Assembly (NCBI RefSeq): GCF_963921235.1
Contig: NC_086101.1
Location: 7,504,001-7,568,000 of the forward strand
Length of the DNA: 64,000 bases
Origin: Mobula hypostoma
Lineage: Eukaryota
Reading direction: 5' to 3'
The notes beneath the pieces are model-generated. The model searched no databases. It worked only from the letters and a program-made list of their open reading frames with translations, and was not told the origin of the DNA. Shown piece after piece: positions 24,426 through 37,789 of this stretch. The position numbers and the translations under genes are program-made. The number at the start of each line of letters is the position of its first letter. Within the stretch, counting starts at the first letter, position 1.

Positions 24426-25949
24426 GCACAGTGCACAGGCACTGACTGTGTAAATTGGGTTTAAAGACAATTAAAAATTTTGAGCAGAATAATTTTTCTC
24501 ATGTCAGTATATGGTAGACATGTTTTAACATTATGGGGGAGCCAGAAGGTATATTGTGCCTAAGAGGGTCGCTGGCAAGCAGGAAAGTCCTTGGGGTGGG
24601 GGGGGGGTTTAGGCTGAAAAAGGCTGGGAAATGCTAAGCTACTCCAAGCTCCAGGAATGATCTACAAAGTAAATCAATCGCTGGAATCTCTTGGTTTAAT
24701 GAAAGAGATGCTGTCTTTCTTGGAGCCTTTCTTTATCTAATGTAACCTTTCAGCTCTCTCTAGGACTTACAAAATACACGCTTGTATTTACATATCCCTG
24801 TGTATATGATTTTGAAATTTGCCCTCCTTCCTGCATGTGTCCTGGCCCTGTTACAAGGATTTTTCAACAGCATCTTTGATGGTACATCTGTGGCAAACAG
24901 CAGGCATCAAAGGCTGAGTTCAAAGGCAGAACAGGCCTGACTGAGCAGTAGACAGAGTGATTAAACAGGGAACCGGCCCCTCTTGACTCGTTTTCCTCAT
25001 CTCCTCTGAGGCATCACCACTCACCGACACACGAGGGGAGACTGATGGAGGGATGTGATCGGTTGTCCATCGTATCCGACGGCGACGATGAAAGGCAGTA
25101 TGGGAGAGTTTTTCAAGTGGGAAAGCCGTTGTACTGGGCCCGCTGCACTCTGTCAACCTCAGAAGTCTGAGTCCAACGGGAGAAATTTTCGTCACAAACT
25201 GGTCTTCCTCAGTGACAGTGGTGACCCTGACTTCTTCCATACCTTGTCATGCCCTTTGTTCTCCACAAAGTGTCACAGAGCCGCGTTCTTGGTGGTTGGT
25301 CCGATCTGCTTGGTCAGCTAAAGCTGAGTATGCATGCTAGGACAGGCTTGTACCTCTCACACCAGGGTATGAGACTCCACCATAGGGGCAAACTACAATG
25401 CCAATTTTTGCGTCTTTGGGCTATAGGTGGAGACCCAGTGGAAAGTTACCCAGTCAAAGGAGGAACGTTTAACTTCCACACGGACAGTGACCAAGGGCAG
25501 GGCTGAACCTGGCTTGTTACAGCTGTCAACTGGCAACACGACTAGCGACCCCACAATTGCCCAGTCCACACAGTCTCTGCCGCAGTGGCGGGGAATCAGT
25601 CAGTGAAGGGCACAGGATTAAGGTGAGAGGGAAGAGATTTAGGAGGAAGCTGAGCAGCACGGTGCACAGCGGTTCGTGTAACGTCTTACACAGCATCACT
25701 GGTCTGGGTTCAATTCCCACCTCCGTCTGTAAGGAGTACGTACGCTCTCCCCATGACCACGTGGGTCTCATCTAGGCCTTCCGGTTTCCTCTCATACTCC
25801 GAAGACGTACCGCTAAGTTGTGTGCATGTTCTGTTGGTACCGGAAGCACGGTGACGGTTTAGAGCTGCACCCCAGCACAATCCTCACCGATTTGCTTTGA
25901 TGCAAACAACGTACTTCACTGTATGTTTTGATGCACATGAGAGCACAGA

Positions 25950-27700
25950 CCATAAGACATAGGAGCAGATAGGCCATTCAGCCCATCAAATCTGCTCTGC
26001 AATCCATCCTGGCTGATCCCCGATCCCACTCAACCCCATACGACTGCCTTCTCGCCATATCCTTTGATGCCCTGACCGATCAAGAAACTATCAACTTCCG
26101 CTTTAAATATACCCACGGACTTGCCCTCCACTGAAGTTTGTGGCAGAGCAATCCATAGATTTACTACTATCTGGCTAAAAAAGATCTTACTTATCTCTGT
26201 TCTAAAAGGTTGCCCCTCAATTCTGAGGCTGTGCCCTCTAGTTCTGGATACCCCCACCATAGGAAACACCCTCTCCACATCCACATTATCTTGTCCTTTC
26301 AACAATGAGATTACCACCCACTCCCACCTGCATTCTTCCAAATTCCAGTGATTACAGGCCCAAAGCTGCCAAACTCTCCTCATATGTTAACCTCTTCGTT
26401 CCCGGAATCATCCTTGTAAACCTCCTCTGGACCGTCTCCAATGACAACACATGCTTTCTGAGATATGGGACAATACTCTGTTCGGCCTGACTAATGACTA
26501 TAAAGCCTTATCTCCTTGCTTTTATATTCTATTCCCTTAAAGTACATGTCAACATAGCATTTGCCTTCTTTACCACAGTCTCAACCTGTAAATTTACTTT
26601 CTGGAGGACTTGCACGAGGTCTCTTAAGTCTCTCTGCACCTCTGAGGTTTGAACCTTCTCCCCATTTAGAAAATGGTCCGCACTATTGTCCCTTTTACCA
26701 AAAAGCATTCTCATACTGCGGTCTGACTGCATGCTATCTTTGCTTTTTTACCCTCCGTCCTATGCTGAGTTACTTCACTCTGGTTCCCAATTCCCCCCAG
26801 CAAGTTAGTTTCAACCCTCCCTCAGAAGAGATCCCAATGATCCAAGAGCCTGAAGTCTTACCTCCTGCACCAGATTCTTAGCCACACATCACTCTGCCAA
26901 ATCATCCTGTTTCTACCGTCACAGGCATCAGTCCCGAAATTACTACCCGGAGATCCTGCTTCTCAGCTCTCTAGCTAGCTCTCTAAATTCTCTTCTCTGG
27001 ACCTCTTTGCCTTTCCTTCTGATGTCATTGGTATCAATATGTACCAAAACATCTGGCTGCTCCCCGTCTCTCCAAAATGTTGAAGATGTGATCCCAGATG
27101 TCCCTGACCCTGGCACCTGGGCAGCAACATACCATCCTGGTGTCACGTTCATGTCTCCTGTCTGTTCCCCTGACTGTTGAATTCTCTGTCAATACCACTC
27201 CCCTCTTCTTCCTCTTTGCCTTCTGCACCATGGACCCACGCTCAGTGACAGTAACTTTGTCTCCATGGCATTCCCCTAGGAGATCATCCCCCACAAGGGT
27301 ATCCAAAAGAGTACACATATTTCTCAGGGGAATGGCCACAGGGGTACTCTGCGCTAATGGTCTAATCACATTTCCATTTCTCCTGACAGTCACCTTGTCT
27401 CATGCAACTTTGGGGTGACTACTTCCTTATAACTCTGATGGACATCTCCTCACTCTCCCGTACAAGCCGAAGGTCATCCAGCCGCTGCTCCAGATCTAAC
27501 ACGGTCTTCAAGGAGCTGAAAGTGGATGTACTTCACACAGATGTGGTTCACTGGGAGACTCTGGGTCTTCCTGGACTCCAGCATCCAGCATGAAGAACAC
27601 ACAACAGCCATTTACTACACGAGGTACAGTAAGAGAGAAAAAGGGACCCTTAACAGAAGCTTACCCAGGGCCGATGACTTTTTCAAGCCGAAGTCTCCTT
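25950..27700 (-). mobile_element. Degenerate CR1 fragments (RT 3' end and ORF1)
   Basis: SRTRGHSLRI, FLNGEKV, DVLVHIDTND. Confidence 0.75.
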
Positions 27701-28654
27701 TGAACCAAAGCCTGACCCTCCTACTCTCACCACTGGCCAACTCCCAACAATAGCCGCCCTGGTTATAGAGGTTATAGAGATCATCAGAGGTTATAAAGAG
27801 AAGGCAGAAGAATAGAGTTGAGAGGGATAATAAATCAGCCATGATGGAGGATACCCAATAGGCTGAGTGGCCTCATTTTGCTCCTATGTCATGGTCTAAC
27901 GCTGGAATCTGAAGCAACATCGAGATACTGTGGGAACCTCAAGTGGACAGGCAGCATCTGTGGAGGATAGTTGACATTTGGGTCGAGACCCTTCATTCAG
28001 ACCACGTGTTCCCAACTTGGGGTCCAGAAACCCCTCAGTTAATGGTAGCTGTCAATGGCATAACAAAGGTTGGGAATCTAGAGTCATTCATCCAGAGGAA
28101 GGGGATCTCGACCCAAAATGTCACCCGTCCATTTCCCTGCACAGATGCTGCCCGACCTTTTGAGTTGCTCCTGGTAGGTTTCTTGATAATGCCACTCGTC
28201 ATTATTATCATGACAATTGACAACAGAACGATAGGATGGTAACTGCCTGAATTATTACATTTTGTTTTCTTTTTTGCTTCAGTTTTTTTTTCACTATCAT
28301 CCTACCCTGTGGCATAATTGGAATAAGTCATTCTAAAATGTGTTTCCCCGCGCCCCCCCCCCCATTTCCCTGCACAGTGCCATAGCAGTATAACCTTTTA
28401 CAGTCCTTGTGATCCGGTTCAATTCCAGCTGCTGTCTGTATGTTCTCCCTGTGACAGAGGTTTCCTCTGGGTGCTCTGGTTTCCTCCCACATGCCATAAG
28501 ACCATAAAACATAGAAGCAGAATCAGGCAATTCAGTCCATTGAGTCTGTTCTGCCATTTCATCCTGACTGATATATTACCCCTCTCAACCCCGTTCTCCT
28601 TCCATCTCCCCACAATCTTTGGTACCCTTACTATCAACCTCTGCTTTAAATATA

Positions 28655-29100
28655 TCTACCGACAAGGGAAGGGGCGAAGGCGGACCATTGCTGCATCAAA
28701 ACCAGTTGCTTCGGGCAGGTGGGGCTCCTCAGCCTTGGACAGCAGCCCGCCTAGGAGAAGGAAAACTCTGATCTTAAACCTCTGCTGCCTCCCGGCCGTA
28801 CCCACCCATGGGAAAGGCTTGGGGAGTAAACCCCGAGGAAGAAATCCGGAGCCGGGGTCCCTAAGGCAGTTCGATGTTGTTTACAACTTCACTCTGGCGA
28901 CCTCTGCGACGACACTGGCGCCAAGCTGTATCGGAGCTTGTCCTTCCCTTGGACTCCATCAGTGACGTGGAGAGGGGGAACCCACTGAATGGGCAACAGC
29001 CGGTTCTTCAAATCTTCCCTCCCAGGCTTGCGCCCTGGAGAGGACACAGTTCACCAGCGGCGCAAACCCAGGATCCCCTGGGATTAACTGCTGCCTGTCC
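28655..29100 (+). mobile_element. RTE-related non-autonomous element
   Basis: RTE-like 5' motif ctaggagaaggaaaactctga; 3' part shared with SINE 11927-12222. Confidence 0.5.
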
Positions 29101-29577
29101 CTATACAACCATGAGATTCATTTTCTTGGGGGCATTCACAGTAAATACAAGAAATACAATAGAATCAACGAAAGACCACACCCTACAGGATAGACAAGCA
29201 ATCAATGTGCAAGAGACACTGAACTGTGCCTTAGCATTGTAATCCTGTCTTTACATTCTAGTTCTCAAACTATTATTAATTTGTGGCGATGGGAATGGAG
29301 GTATTTGCGGACTGCCCTCGGCATATCCCTGGACTGTGTTGATCACTGATGTCGTCAACACATTACGCTGTGTTTCGATGTTTTGATTTACTTGCGATAA
29401 ATAGAACAAACCTTAATCGTTAAACAATGAATTGCATGCAATCTGATCAACCATAACATTAACGATACAAACATCATGCAAAATAAGAAGGATACTTCTG
29501 TGTCCCAACACAGCAGCTCAAATAACATTCTTATAGGAAAGGTTAGACCATTCAAAAATAAGTAATAAATAAATTAC

Positions 29578-29740
29578 CTGATCCTTCTTTAAGAATGTTC
29601 ATGATTGGTACGTCAGGTCTGCCTAGGAATTCATCGGCGTAGTTAATCAGTGCGTTCCTCACTGTTTTGTAGCCTGCCAGCACCACGACTTTCTCCGGAC
29701 CAAGTCTCACTGAATACACCGAGCCATACTTCTCAGACAG
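29578..29740 (-). CDS. CYP2: CYP2 exon 2 (163 nt)
   Basis: ttccag|LSEKYGSVYSVRLGPEKVVVLAGYKTVRNALINYADEFLGRP...KEGS G|gtaatt; typical CYP2 size. Confidence 0.95.
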
Positions 29741-30711
29741 CTGGAAATGAAAGAGAGAAACTTCACTCATCGCTCTGTATGCACACCGGCTCGTCAATGC
29801 AAATACCTAATCAGCCAATCATGTGGCAGCCTTGTTAATGAGACAGTCGGAGGAGAATGGCCAGACTGGTTCAAGCTGACAGGAAGGCAACAGAAACTCA
29901 AATAATCACGCACTACAAAGGAGATGTGCAGAAGAGCATCTCTGAATGCACAACATGTCAAACCTTGAAGTGGATGGGCTACTGCAGCAGAAGACCAGGA
30001 ACGTACACTCAATGGCCACTCCATGAGGCCCAGGAGGTACCAAGTGAAGTGGCCATTGATTGCAGTTCATTACATCTTCAAATCCTTTCTGTTTAAATTG
30101 CCTTCTTCAAACCCTATCCCTCCCGTCTGATTTTCAGTGCTCAAGATCCCTCTTCAAAGCCTTTCTGACTTTCAATCTGATAAACTATTCCTCAACGCCT
30201 TCATTCTCATGTCCCCTCCCTCATCACCATTACTACTGTCCTGTGCAGGGGCAGGCACGGTAGCATAATGTTTTACCGCATCAGTGCTCAGACAATTGGT
30301 GCTCAATTCCCACCACAGCCTTTAAGAGGTTTGTTCGTTCTCCCCGTTAGCGGGTGATTTTCCTCCAGATGCTCTGGTTTCCTCCCACATTCCAAAAAGA
30401 TACAGGGTCAGAAAGTAGTGAACATGCTATGTTGATGTCAGAGGGAGAGTGACAGTTGTGGACTGCATCCAACACAATCCTTGGACTGTTGATGCAAATG
30501 ACGCATTTCACTGTATGTTTCAATGTTTTGACGTACATGTGACAAATACAGTTAATCATTAATCTTTAAACTTTAATCGTTCATCAGCTTTTCTTTGCTT
30601 CCTTGCTAAGCACCTATTATGATTGCTCTGGGCTGTACTCACTGGAATTCAGAAGTATGAGGGGTGATCTCATTGAAACCAAATGAATGTTGAAAGGCAT
30701 CTATATATATT

Positions 30712-32163
30712 CCCATTCTCCACGGGAATGGTACCGGAGGATTGGAGGGAGGCAAATGTTGTCCTCTTGTTCAAAAAAGGTAGTAGGGATAGTCCGGGTA
30801 ATTATAGACCAGTGAGCCTTACGTCTGTGGTGGGAAAGCTGTTGGAAAAGATTCTTAGAGATAGGATCTATGGGCATTTAGAGAATCATGGTCTGATCAG
30901 GGACAGTCAGCATGGCTTTGTGAAAGGCAGATCGTGTCTAACAAGCCTGATAGAGTTCTTTGAGGAGGTGACCAGGCATATAGACAAGGGTAGTGCAGTG
31001 GATGTGATCTATATGGATTTTAGTAAGGCATTTGACAAGGTTCCACATGGTAGGCTTATTTAGAAAGTTAGAAGGCATGGGATCCAGGGAAGTTTGGCCT
31101 GGTGGATTCAGAATTGGCTTGACTGCAGAAGGCAGAGGGTGGTGGGGGAGGGAGTACATTCAGATTGGAGGATTGTGACTAGTGGTGTCCCACAAGGATC
31201 TGTTCTGGGACCTCTACTTTTCGTGATTTTTATTAATGACCTGGATGTGGGGGTAGAAGGGTGGGTTGGCATGTTTGCAGATGACACAAAGGTTGGTGGT
31301 GTTGTAGATAGTGTAGAGGATTGTCAAAGATTGCAGAGAAACATTGATAGGATGCAGAAGTGGGCTGAGAAGTGGCAGGTGGAGTTCAACCCGGAGAAGT
31401 GTGAGGTGGTACACTTTGGAAGGACAAACTCCAAGGCAGAGTACAAAGTAAATGGCAGGATACTTGCTAGTGTGAAGGAGCAGAGGGATCTCGGGGTACA
31501 TGTCCACAGATCCCTGAAAGTTGCCTCACAGATGGATGGGGTAGTTAAGAAAGCTTATGGGGTGTTAGCTTTCATAAGTCGAGGGATAGAGTTTAAGAGT
31601 TGCGATGTAATGATGCAGCTCTATAAAACTCTGGTTAGGCCACACTTGGAGTACTGTGTCCAGTTCTGGTCACCTCACTATAGGAAGGATGTGGAAGCAT
31701 TGGAAAGGGTACAGAGGAGATTTACCAGGATGCTGCCTGCTTTAGAAAGTATGCATTATGATCAGAGATTAAGGGAGCTGGGGCTTTACTCTTTGGAGAG
31801 AAGGAGGATGAGAGGAGACATGATAGAGGTGTACAAGATAGTAAAAGGAATAGATAGAGTGGATAGCCAGCGCCTCTTCCCCAGGGCACCGCTGCTCAAT
31901 ACAAGAGGACATGGCTTTAAGGTAAGGGGTGGGAAGTTCAAGGGGGATAGTAGAGGAAGGTTTTTTACTCAGAGAGTGGTTGGTGCATGGAATGCACTGC
32001 CTGAGTCAGTGGTGGATGCAGATACACTAGTGAAGTTTAAGAGACTACTGGACAGGTATATGGAGGAATTTAAGTTGGGGGCTTATATGGGAGGCAGGGT
32101 TTGAGGGTCGGCAGAACATTGTGGGCCAAAGGGCCTGTACTGTGCTGTATGTTCTATGTTCTA
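30712..32163 (+). mobile_element. Young 5'-truncated CR1 nested in an older CR1 (host 30620-32505)
   Basis: ORFs 30683-31063 and 31094-32104 are in the same frame, separated by one stop; (TATGTTC)n tail. Confidence 0.9.
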
Positions 32164-33019
32164 TAGTGGATCTGGAGAGGATGTTTCCTATGGTGAGGGT
32201 GTCTCGGGTTAGAGGACACAACCTTAGAGTAGAGAGAAACATCCATTTAAAATGGAGATGAGAAGGAATTTCTTTAGCCAGAGGGTGGTGAATCTGTGGA
32301 ATTCATCGCCACAGGCAGCTGTGGAGGCCGAGTCATTGTGTATATTTAAGGCAGAGGTTGATGGACTCTTGATTAGTCAGGGCATGAAGGGATATTGGGG
32401 GATGGGGGAGGCAGGAGATTGGGGCTTGGATCAACCATGATGAAATGGTGGAGCAGATTCGATGGGCCAAATAGCATCATCCTGCTCCTCTATCTTATAG
32501 TCTTAATCCCCCTTCTCCACCTCCTATTTGCCCTTGACAGTACCTTTTAGCGCCTGGAAATTAGCCCCCAAATGATTGTCAATGTGAGCAGATCCTTCTT
32601 TCTCTTGCTTAACTCTCAAGATCACTTTGCAATGTTAAGTTTGTTGTAGATAAAAGATAAACACAATCAGGAAAACTTACCAACACCTCTACGTTCTGAG
32701 GAGGCTGACGAGGGCTGCACTATGCTATCTCTGCTCATGGCATTCTACAGTACAGAGCAGAGACCATCCCAACAAGCTGCATCACTACTTGGTACGGAAA
32801 CTGCATAGTGACGGACAGGAAGGCTCTGCAATGTAGTCCAAACTGACTAACACATCACCAACCTATCTGCCAACAAGGATATACCTCCGGAAAGATCCCA
32901 GAAAAGGTCCAGTAACATCATGAAAGTTCCCACCCACCCTGCTCATGGACTCTTTGTCTCACTTCCATCAGGGAGGAGGCTACATAGCATTCACACCAGG
33001 AAGTAACAAGCAGAGCATA

Positions 33020-33850
33020 CAAGGGAGAGGCAGTGGATATCATTTACTTGGATTTTCAGAAGGTGTTTGATAAGGTGTCACACATGAAGCTGCTTAACAA
33101 GATGGTGTTACAGGAAAGATACTGGCATAGAGAATGGAATGGCTGACAGGCAGAAGGCAGTGAATTGGAATAAAAGGGATCTTTTCTGGTTGGCCGCCAG
33201 TGACGAGTGGTGTTTCTCAGGGGTCAGTATTGGGACCGTCGCTTTTCCCATTGTTTTTCAATGATTTGGATAATGGAATTGATGGCTTTGTGGAAAAGTT
33301 TGCGGATATTACAAAGATAGATGGATGGGTAGGTAGTGCTGAGGAAGCCGGACTTTGCAACATAACTTAGACAAATTGGAAGAATGGGCAAAAAAGTGTC
33401 AGATGGAATGCAGTGTTGGGAAATGTATGTTAATGCATTTTGGTAAATGGAACAATAGTGCGGACTATTACCTAAATGGGGAGAAGGTTCAAACATCAGA
33501 TGTGCAGAGGGACTTAGGAGTCCTCGTGCAAGACTCCCAGAAGGTTAATTTACAGATTGAGTTTGTGGTAAAGAAGGCAAATACAATGTTGGCATTTATT
33601 TCAAGGGTATTAGAATATAAAAGCAAGGAGATCATGCTGAGCCTCTATAAGACAGTAGTGAGTCCGCACCTGGGGTACTGTCAAGAGTTTTGGGCCCCAT
33701 ATCTCAGAAAGGATATGTTGTCATTGCAGAGAGTCCAGAGGAGGTTCATGAGGGTGATTCTGGGAACAAAGGGGTTAATGAGGAGCGTTTGGCAGCTTTG
33801 TGACCATACTCACTGGAATTTAGAGTAATGCAGGGGGATCTCATCGAAAC
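33020..33850 (+). mobile_element. Degenerate CR1 RT fragment
   Basis: ORF 33355-33828 LDKLEEWAKK..VSPHLGYC. Confidence 0.85.
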
Positions 33851-34390
33851 AGGATCCCCTCCATCATCCAATTTCTGAATGGACACTGAACCTATGAACA
33901 CTACCTCGTTACCTTTTATTTTCTCTTTTGGCACTACTTATTTAATTTAACTTTTAAAGCATATATATACTTTTGCTGATAATTTACAGTTTTATTATTA
34001 TGTATTGCGATGTTCTGCCGTTGCACTGCAACACATTTCATGACATTTGCCAGTGGTATTAAATCTGATTCTGAATACTGTGTTGCTCTGCTGAACATTG
34101 TGGGAATGCTTTGTTGGCACGAGAATGTGTGGCAAAACTTGCCAGCTTCCACCAGCACATCCTTAGGGTGTGTTGGTCGTTAACACGGATGACACATTTC
34201 ACTGTACGTCTCAATGCATGTGTTATAGCTGAAACAAATCTGATCTGATCTGAACTGACTCTCGTGCACAGGAAATGCTATGAGATTTCTGTGCACAGTG
34301 CAATTCCTAGATGGAACCAGGTCACAGTGTGAACCGTGGGGAATTTTCCCCTCAGATCTACAGTGAACCCCAAAGACTCAAAGACATCTG

Positions 34391-34450
34391 AGATCAGAGA
34401 TCCCTCCTCACCTCCACCAGAGATCAGAGATCCCTCCTTACCTCAACCAG
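34391..34450. repeat. 30-bp tandem duplication spanning the CYP2 exon 1 donor
   Basis: agatcagagatccctcctYacctcMaccag twice, 2 mismatches. Confidence 0.9.
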
Positions 34451-34642
34451 AGATTTGTAGAGTCTTTTCAGGTCCAACTGGTGAAGGTTGCCGATAACTG
34501 GCAGGGGTGTGGGTCCCGGAGGGTAGTTCAGTTGCGATTTGCCTCCCAGTCCAACGAGGACGTACAGCAGGAAGATCACAATTAGGGAATAAACGAGCAG
34601 CGTCGTGACAAGGCTCAACGGGAGCAAGTCAAAGACAGCCAT
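34442..34642 (-). CDS. CYP2: Cytochrome P450 family 2 (CYP2K/2W-like), coding exon 1 (201 nt)
   Basis: MAVFDLL...hydrophobic anchor...YPPGPTPLPVIGNLHQL...KSLVE; ATG at 34642, donor GAG|gtaagg. Confidence 0.93.
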
Positions 34643-34914
34643 TCTGTGAAAGTCTGAATTTGCAAAGCAAGACGTCTCTGTTAGTTGCACCCTCCTGGGT
34701 GGGAATCAACCTCACTAAATCTATGCTAGGTTTTGATACTCCAGTCTTTGCTCATATCGATTCCTGAGCATAAATGCAGTGACATGTTGACAGGTACAGA
34801 TTCCAATCTCTCTGCAGTTCTGGAAACTAGGGTCATTGGACTTTAGACCCTCAAACAGGCTGCAGCCCCAGCTCAGAGCAAAAAAGGATCCGCTTCACCG
34901 GTGTGCCGTAAACC

Positions 34915-35070
34915 ATTCCCACCCCAGTAGAAACCATTTCCCAGTTTAAAAAAAACTTTCCCCCAGTATAAAGCCCTATCCCCAGCAGAAATCCCTTCCA
35001 CTCCAGCAGAAAATCCTTCCAACCCAGAAGAAAACAATTTGCCCAGCAGAAAACCCTCTTCCAACCAGCA
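34915..35070. repeat. Degenerate minisatellite (about 20-bp unit) upstream of CYP2
   Basis: Recurrent unit cccagcagaaa..ccttc. Confidence 0.6.
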
Positions 35071-35644
35071 CATCTTTCTCACATAAAGTTCTTCAATTTA
35101 TGATTAAAACTTTCACTTCAAAGTTCAAAGTTAATTTTGTCCTCAAAGTGTACAAGTGTCACCATATTTATTTTCCTGTAGGTACTCACAGTAGAACAAA
35201 GAAACACAACAGAGTCATTGAAAAACTATACACAAAGTCTGACAAAGAACCAACTTGCAGAAGTATCAATTGCGCTAACGTGGACTTCACTCATTGAGAG
35301 ATTTCATTGAGATAGCTAAATTCTGCTACCAAGACTGTATGTTGGCTTCAGTGATATCATGGGATCTTAGTTTTAAGGCGAGAGAAGAAATGTTTAAAAG
35401 TTCTGTGTCGGATAAGTCTCATACAGAAACGTCAGGACTCAGGAAAATGCAGCAAGCAGGCACAACACTGGCATTTAAGGGGCATTTAGACCCTGATGGG
35501 AACATGAGGGAATGGAAGAGTGTGGATATTGCGGAGGCAGACAGGTTCAGTTTAATCTGACATCTTGGTCTGCATATCATTGGTGGGGGGGACTGTAGGG
35601 TTTGTTTCTGTGCTGTGCTGTCTATGTTTATTAACAATACTGTA

Positions 35645-37552
35645 CAATGGCTATACTTGAGGAGCTTGAGGAGAAAACTAGGTATGATTTGCAGAGGGCC
35701 TTTTCAAGGGCGAAGAGACAATTTTGAATAAGGCTGGAAGCGACATCAGATGCACGGCAGCTCTGGCAGGGTCTGCAAGACATTACTTCCTACAAAGTGA
35801 AACCCAATAGCATGAATGGCAGCGATGTATCACTACCAGATGAACTCAATGCCTCCTATGCATGCTTTGAAAGGAAGAACACAACTACAGCTGAGAAGAT
35901 CCCTGCTGCACATGATGACCCCGTGATCCCTGACTCAGAGGCCAATGTTAGACTGTCTTTAAAGAGAGTGACCCCTCGCAAGGCGAAAGGTCCTGAAGGA
36001 TTACCTGGAAAGGCTCTGAAAACCTGTTCCAATCAACTAGTGGGAGTATTCAAGGACATTTTCAACCTCTCACTGCTAAGGGCGGAAGTTCCCACTTGCT
36101 TCAAAAAGGCAACAATTATACCAGTGCCTAAGAAGAATAATGTGGGCTGCCTTAATGACTATTGCCTGGTAGCACTCATATCAACAGTGATGCAATGCTT
36201 TGAGAGGTTGGTCATGACTAGACTGAACTCCTGCCTCAGCAAGGACCTGGACCCATTGCAATTTGCCTATCACCATAATAGATCAACAGCAGATGCAATC
36301 TCAATGACTCTCCACACAGCTTTAGACCACTTGGACAACACAAACACCTATGTCAGGATGCTGTTCATCAACTATAGCTCAGCATTTAACACCACCATTC
36401 CCACAATCCTGATTAGAAGTTGCAGAGCCTGGGCCTCTATACCTCCCTCTGCAACTGGATCCTCAACTTTCTAACTTGAAGACCACAATCTGTGCGGATT
36501 GGTGATAACATATCCTCCTCACTGACGATCAACACTGGCGCACCCCAGAGGTGTGTGCTTAGCCCACTGCTCTACTCTCCATATACATATGACTGTGTGG
36601 CTATGCATAGCTCAAATAGCATCTATAAATTTGCTGATGATACAACTATTGTTGGTAGAATCTGGTGACGAGAGGGCGTACAGGAGTGAGATATGCCAAC
36701 TAGTGGAGTGGTGCCACAGCAACAACCTGGCACTCAACGTCAGTAAAATGAAAGAGCTGATTGTGGAGTTCAGGAAGGGTAAGATGAAGGAGCACATACC
36801 AATCCTCAGAGGGATCAGAAGTGGAGAGAGTGAGCAGCTTCATGTTCCTGGGTGTCAAGATCTCTGAGGACCAAGCCTGGTCCCAACATATTGATGTAGT
36901 TATAAAGAAGACAAGCCTCGGCTATACTTTATTAGGAGTGTGAAGAGATTTCACATGTCAACAAATGCACTCAAAAACTTCTATAGTTGTACTGTGGACA
37001 GCATTCCGACAGGCTGCATCACTGTCTGGTATTGGAGGGGTGGGGTGGCTACTGCACAGGACCGAAAGAAGCTGCAGAAGGTTGTAAATCTAGTCAGCTC
37101 CATCTTGGGCACTAGCCTACAAAGTACACAGGACATCTTCAGGGAGCAGTGTCTTAGAAAGGCAGAGTTCATTATTATGGACCTCCAGCACCCAGGGCAT
37201 GCCCTTTTCTCACTGTTAACCATCAGGCAGGAGGTACAGAAGCCTGAAGGCACACACTCAGTGATTCAGGAACAGCTTCTTCCCCTCTGCCATCCAATTC
37301 CTAAATGGACATTGAAGCTTTGGACATTACCTCACTTTTTTAAAATATACAGTATTTCTGCTTTTTCACATTTTTTAAATCTATTAAATATACCTAATTG
37401 GTTTACTTGTCTATTTATTATTATTGTGTTTTATTTTATTTATTTTTTTCTGTCTGCTATATTATGTATTGCATTGAACCGCTGCTGCTAAGTTAACAAA
37501 TTTCATGTCACATGCCGGTGATAATAAACCTGATTCTGATTCTGATTCTGAT
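35645..37552 (+). mobile_element. Rex1/Babar-like LINE (RT), frameshifted
   Basis: ORF 35797-36474 PTCFKKATIIPVPKK, LDPLQFAY, YVRMLF..YSSAFNT; (CTGATT)n tail. Confidence 0.88.
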
Positions 37553-37789
37553 GCTGAGATTTGGTATGTCACCAAAGACTCTTGCACATTTCTACAGATG
37601 TACCGTGGAGAACATTCTGACTGTTTGCATCACTGTCTGGTCTGGAGGGGCCACTGCACAGGAGAGGAAAAAGCTGCAGAAAGTTGTAAACCAAACCTGC
37701 TCCATCAAGGGCACTAGCCTCTCCAGCATCCAGGATGTCCTCAAAGAGCGATGTGACTATTGAGTTGTGCTCTGCTGCTGCAGTCCATC

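Noticed and set aside
24915..25400. GC-balanced segment with 85-106 aa ORFs
   Set aside because: No recognisable domain or splice structure; probably an old RTE-related repeat that I cannot classify.
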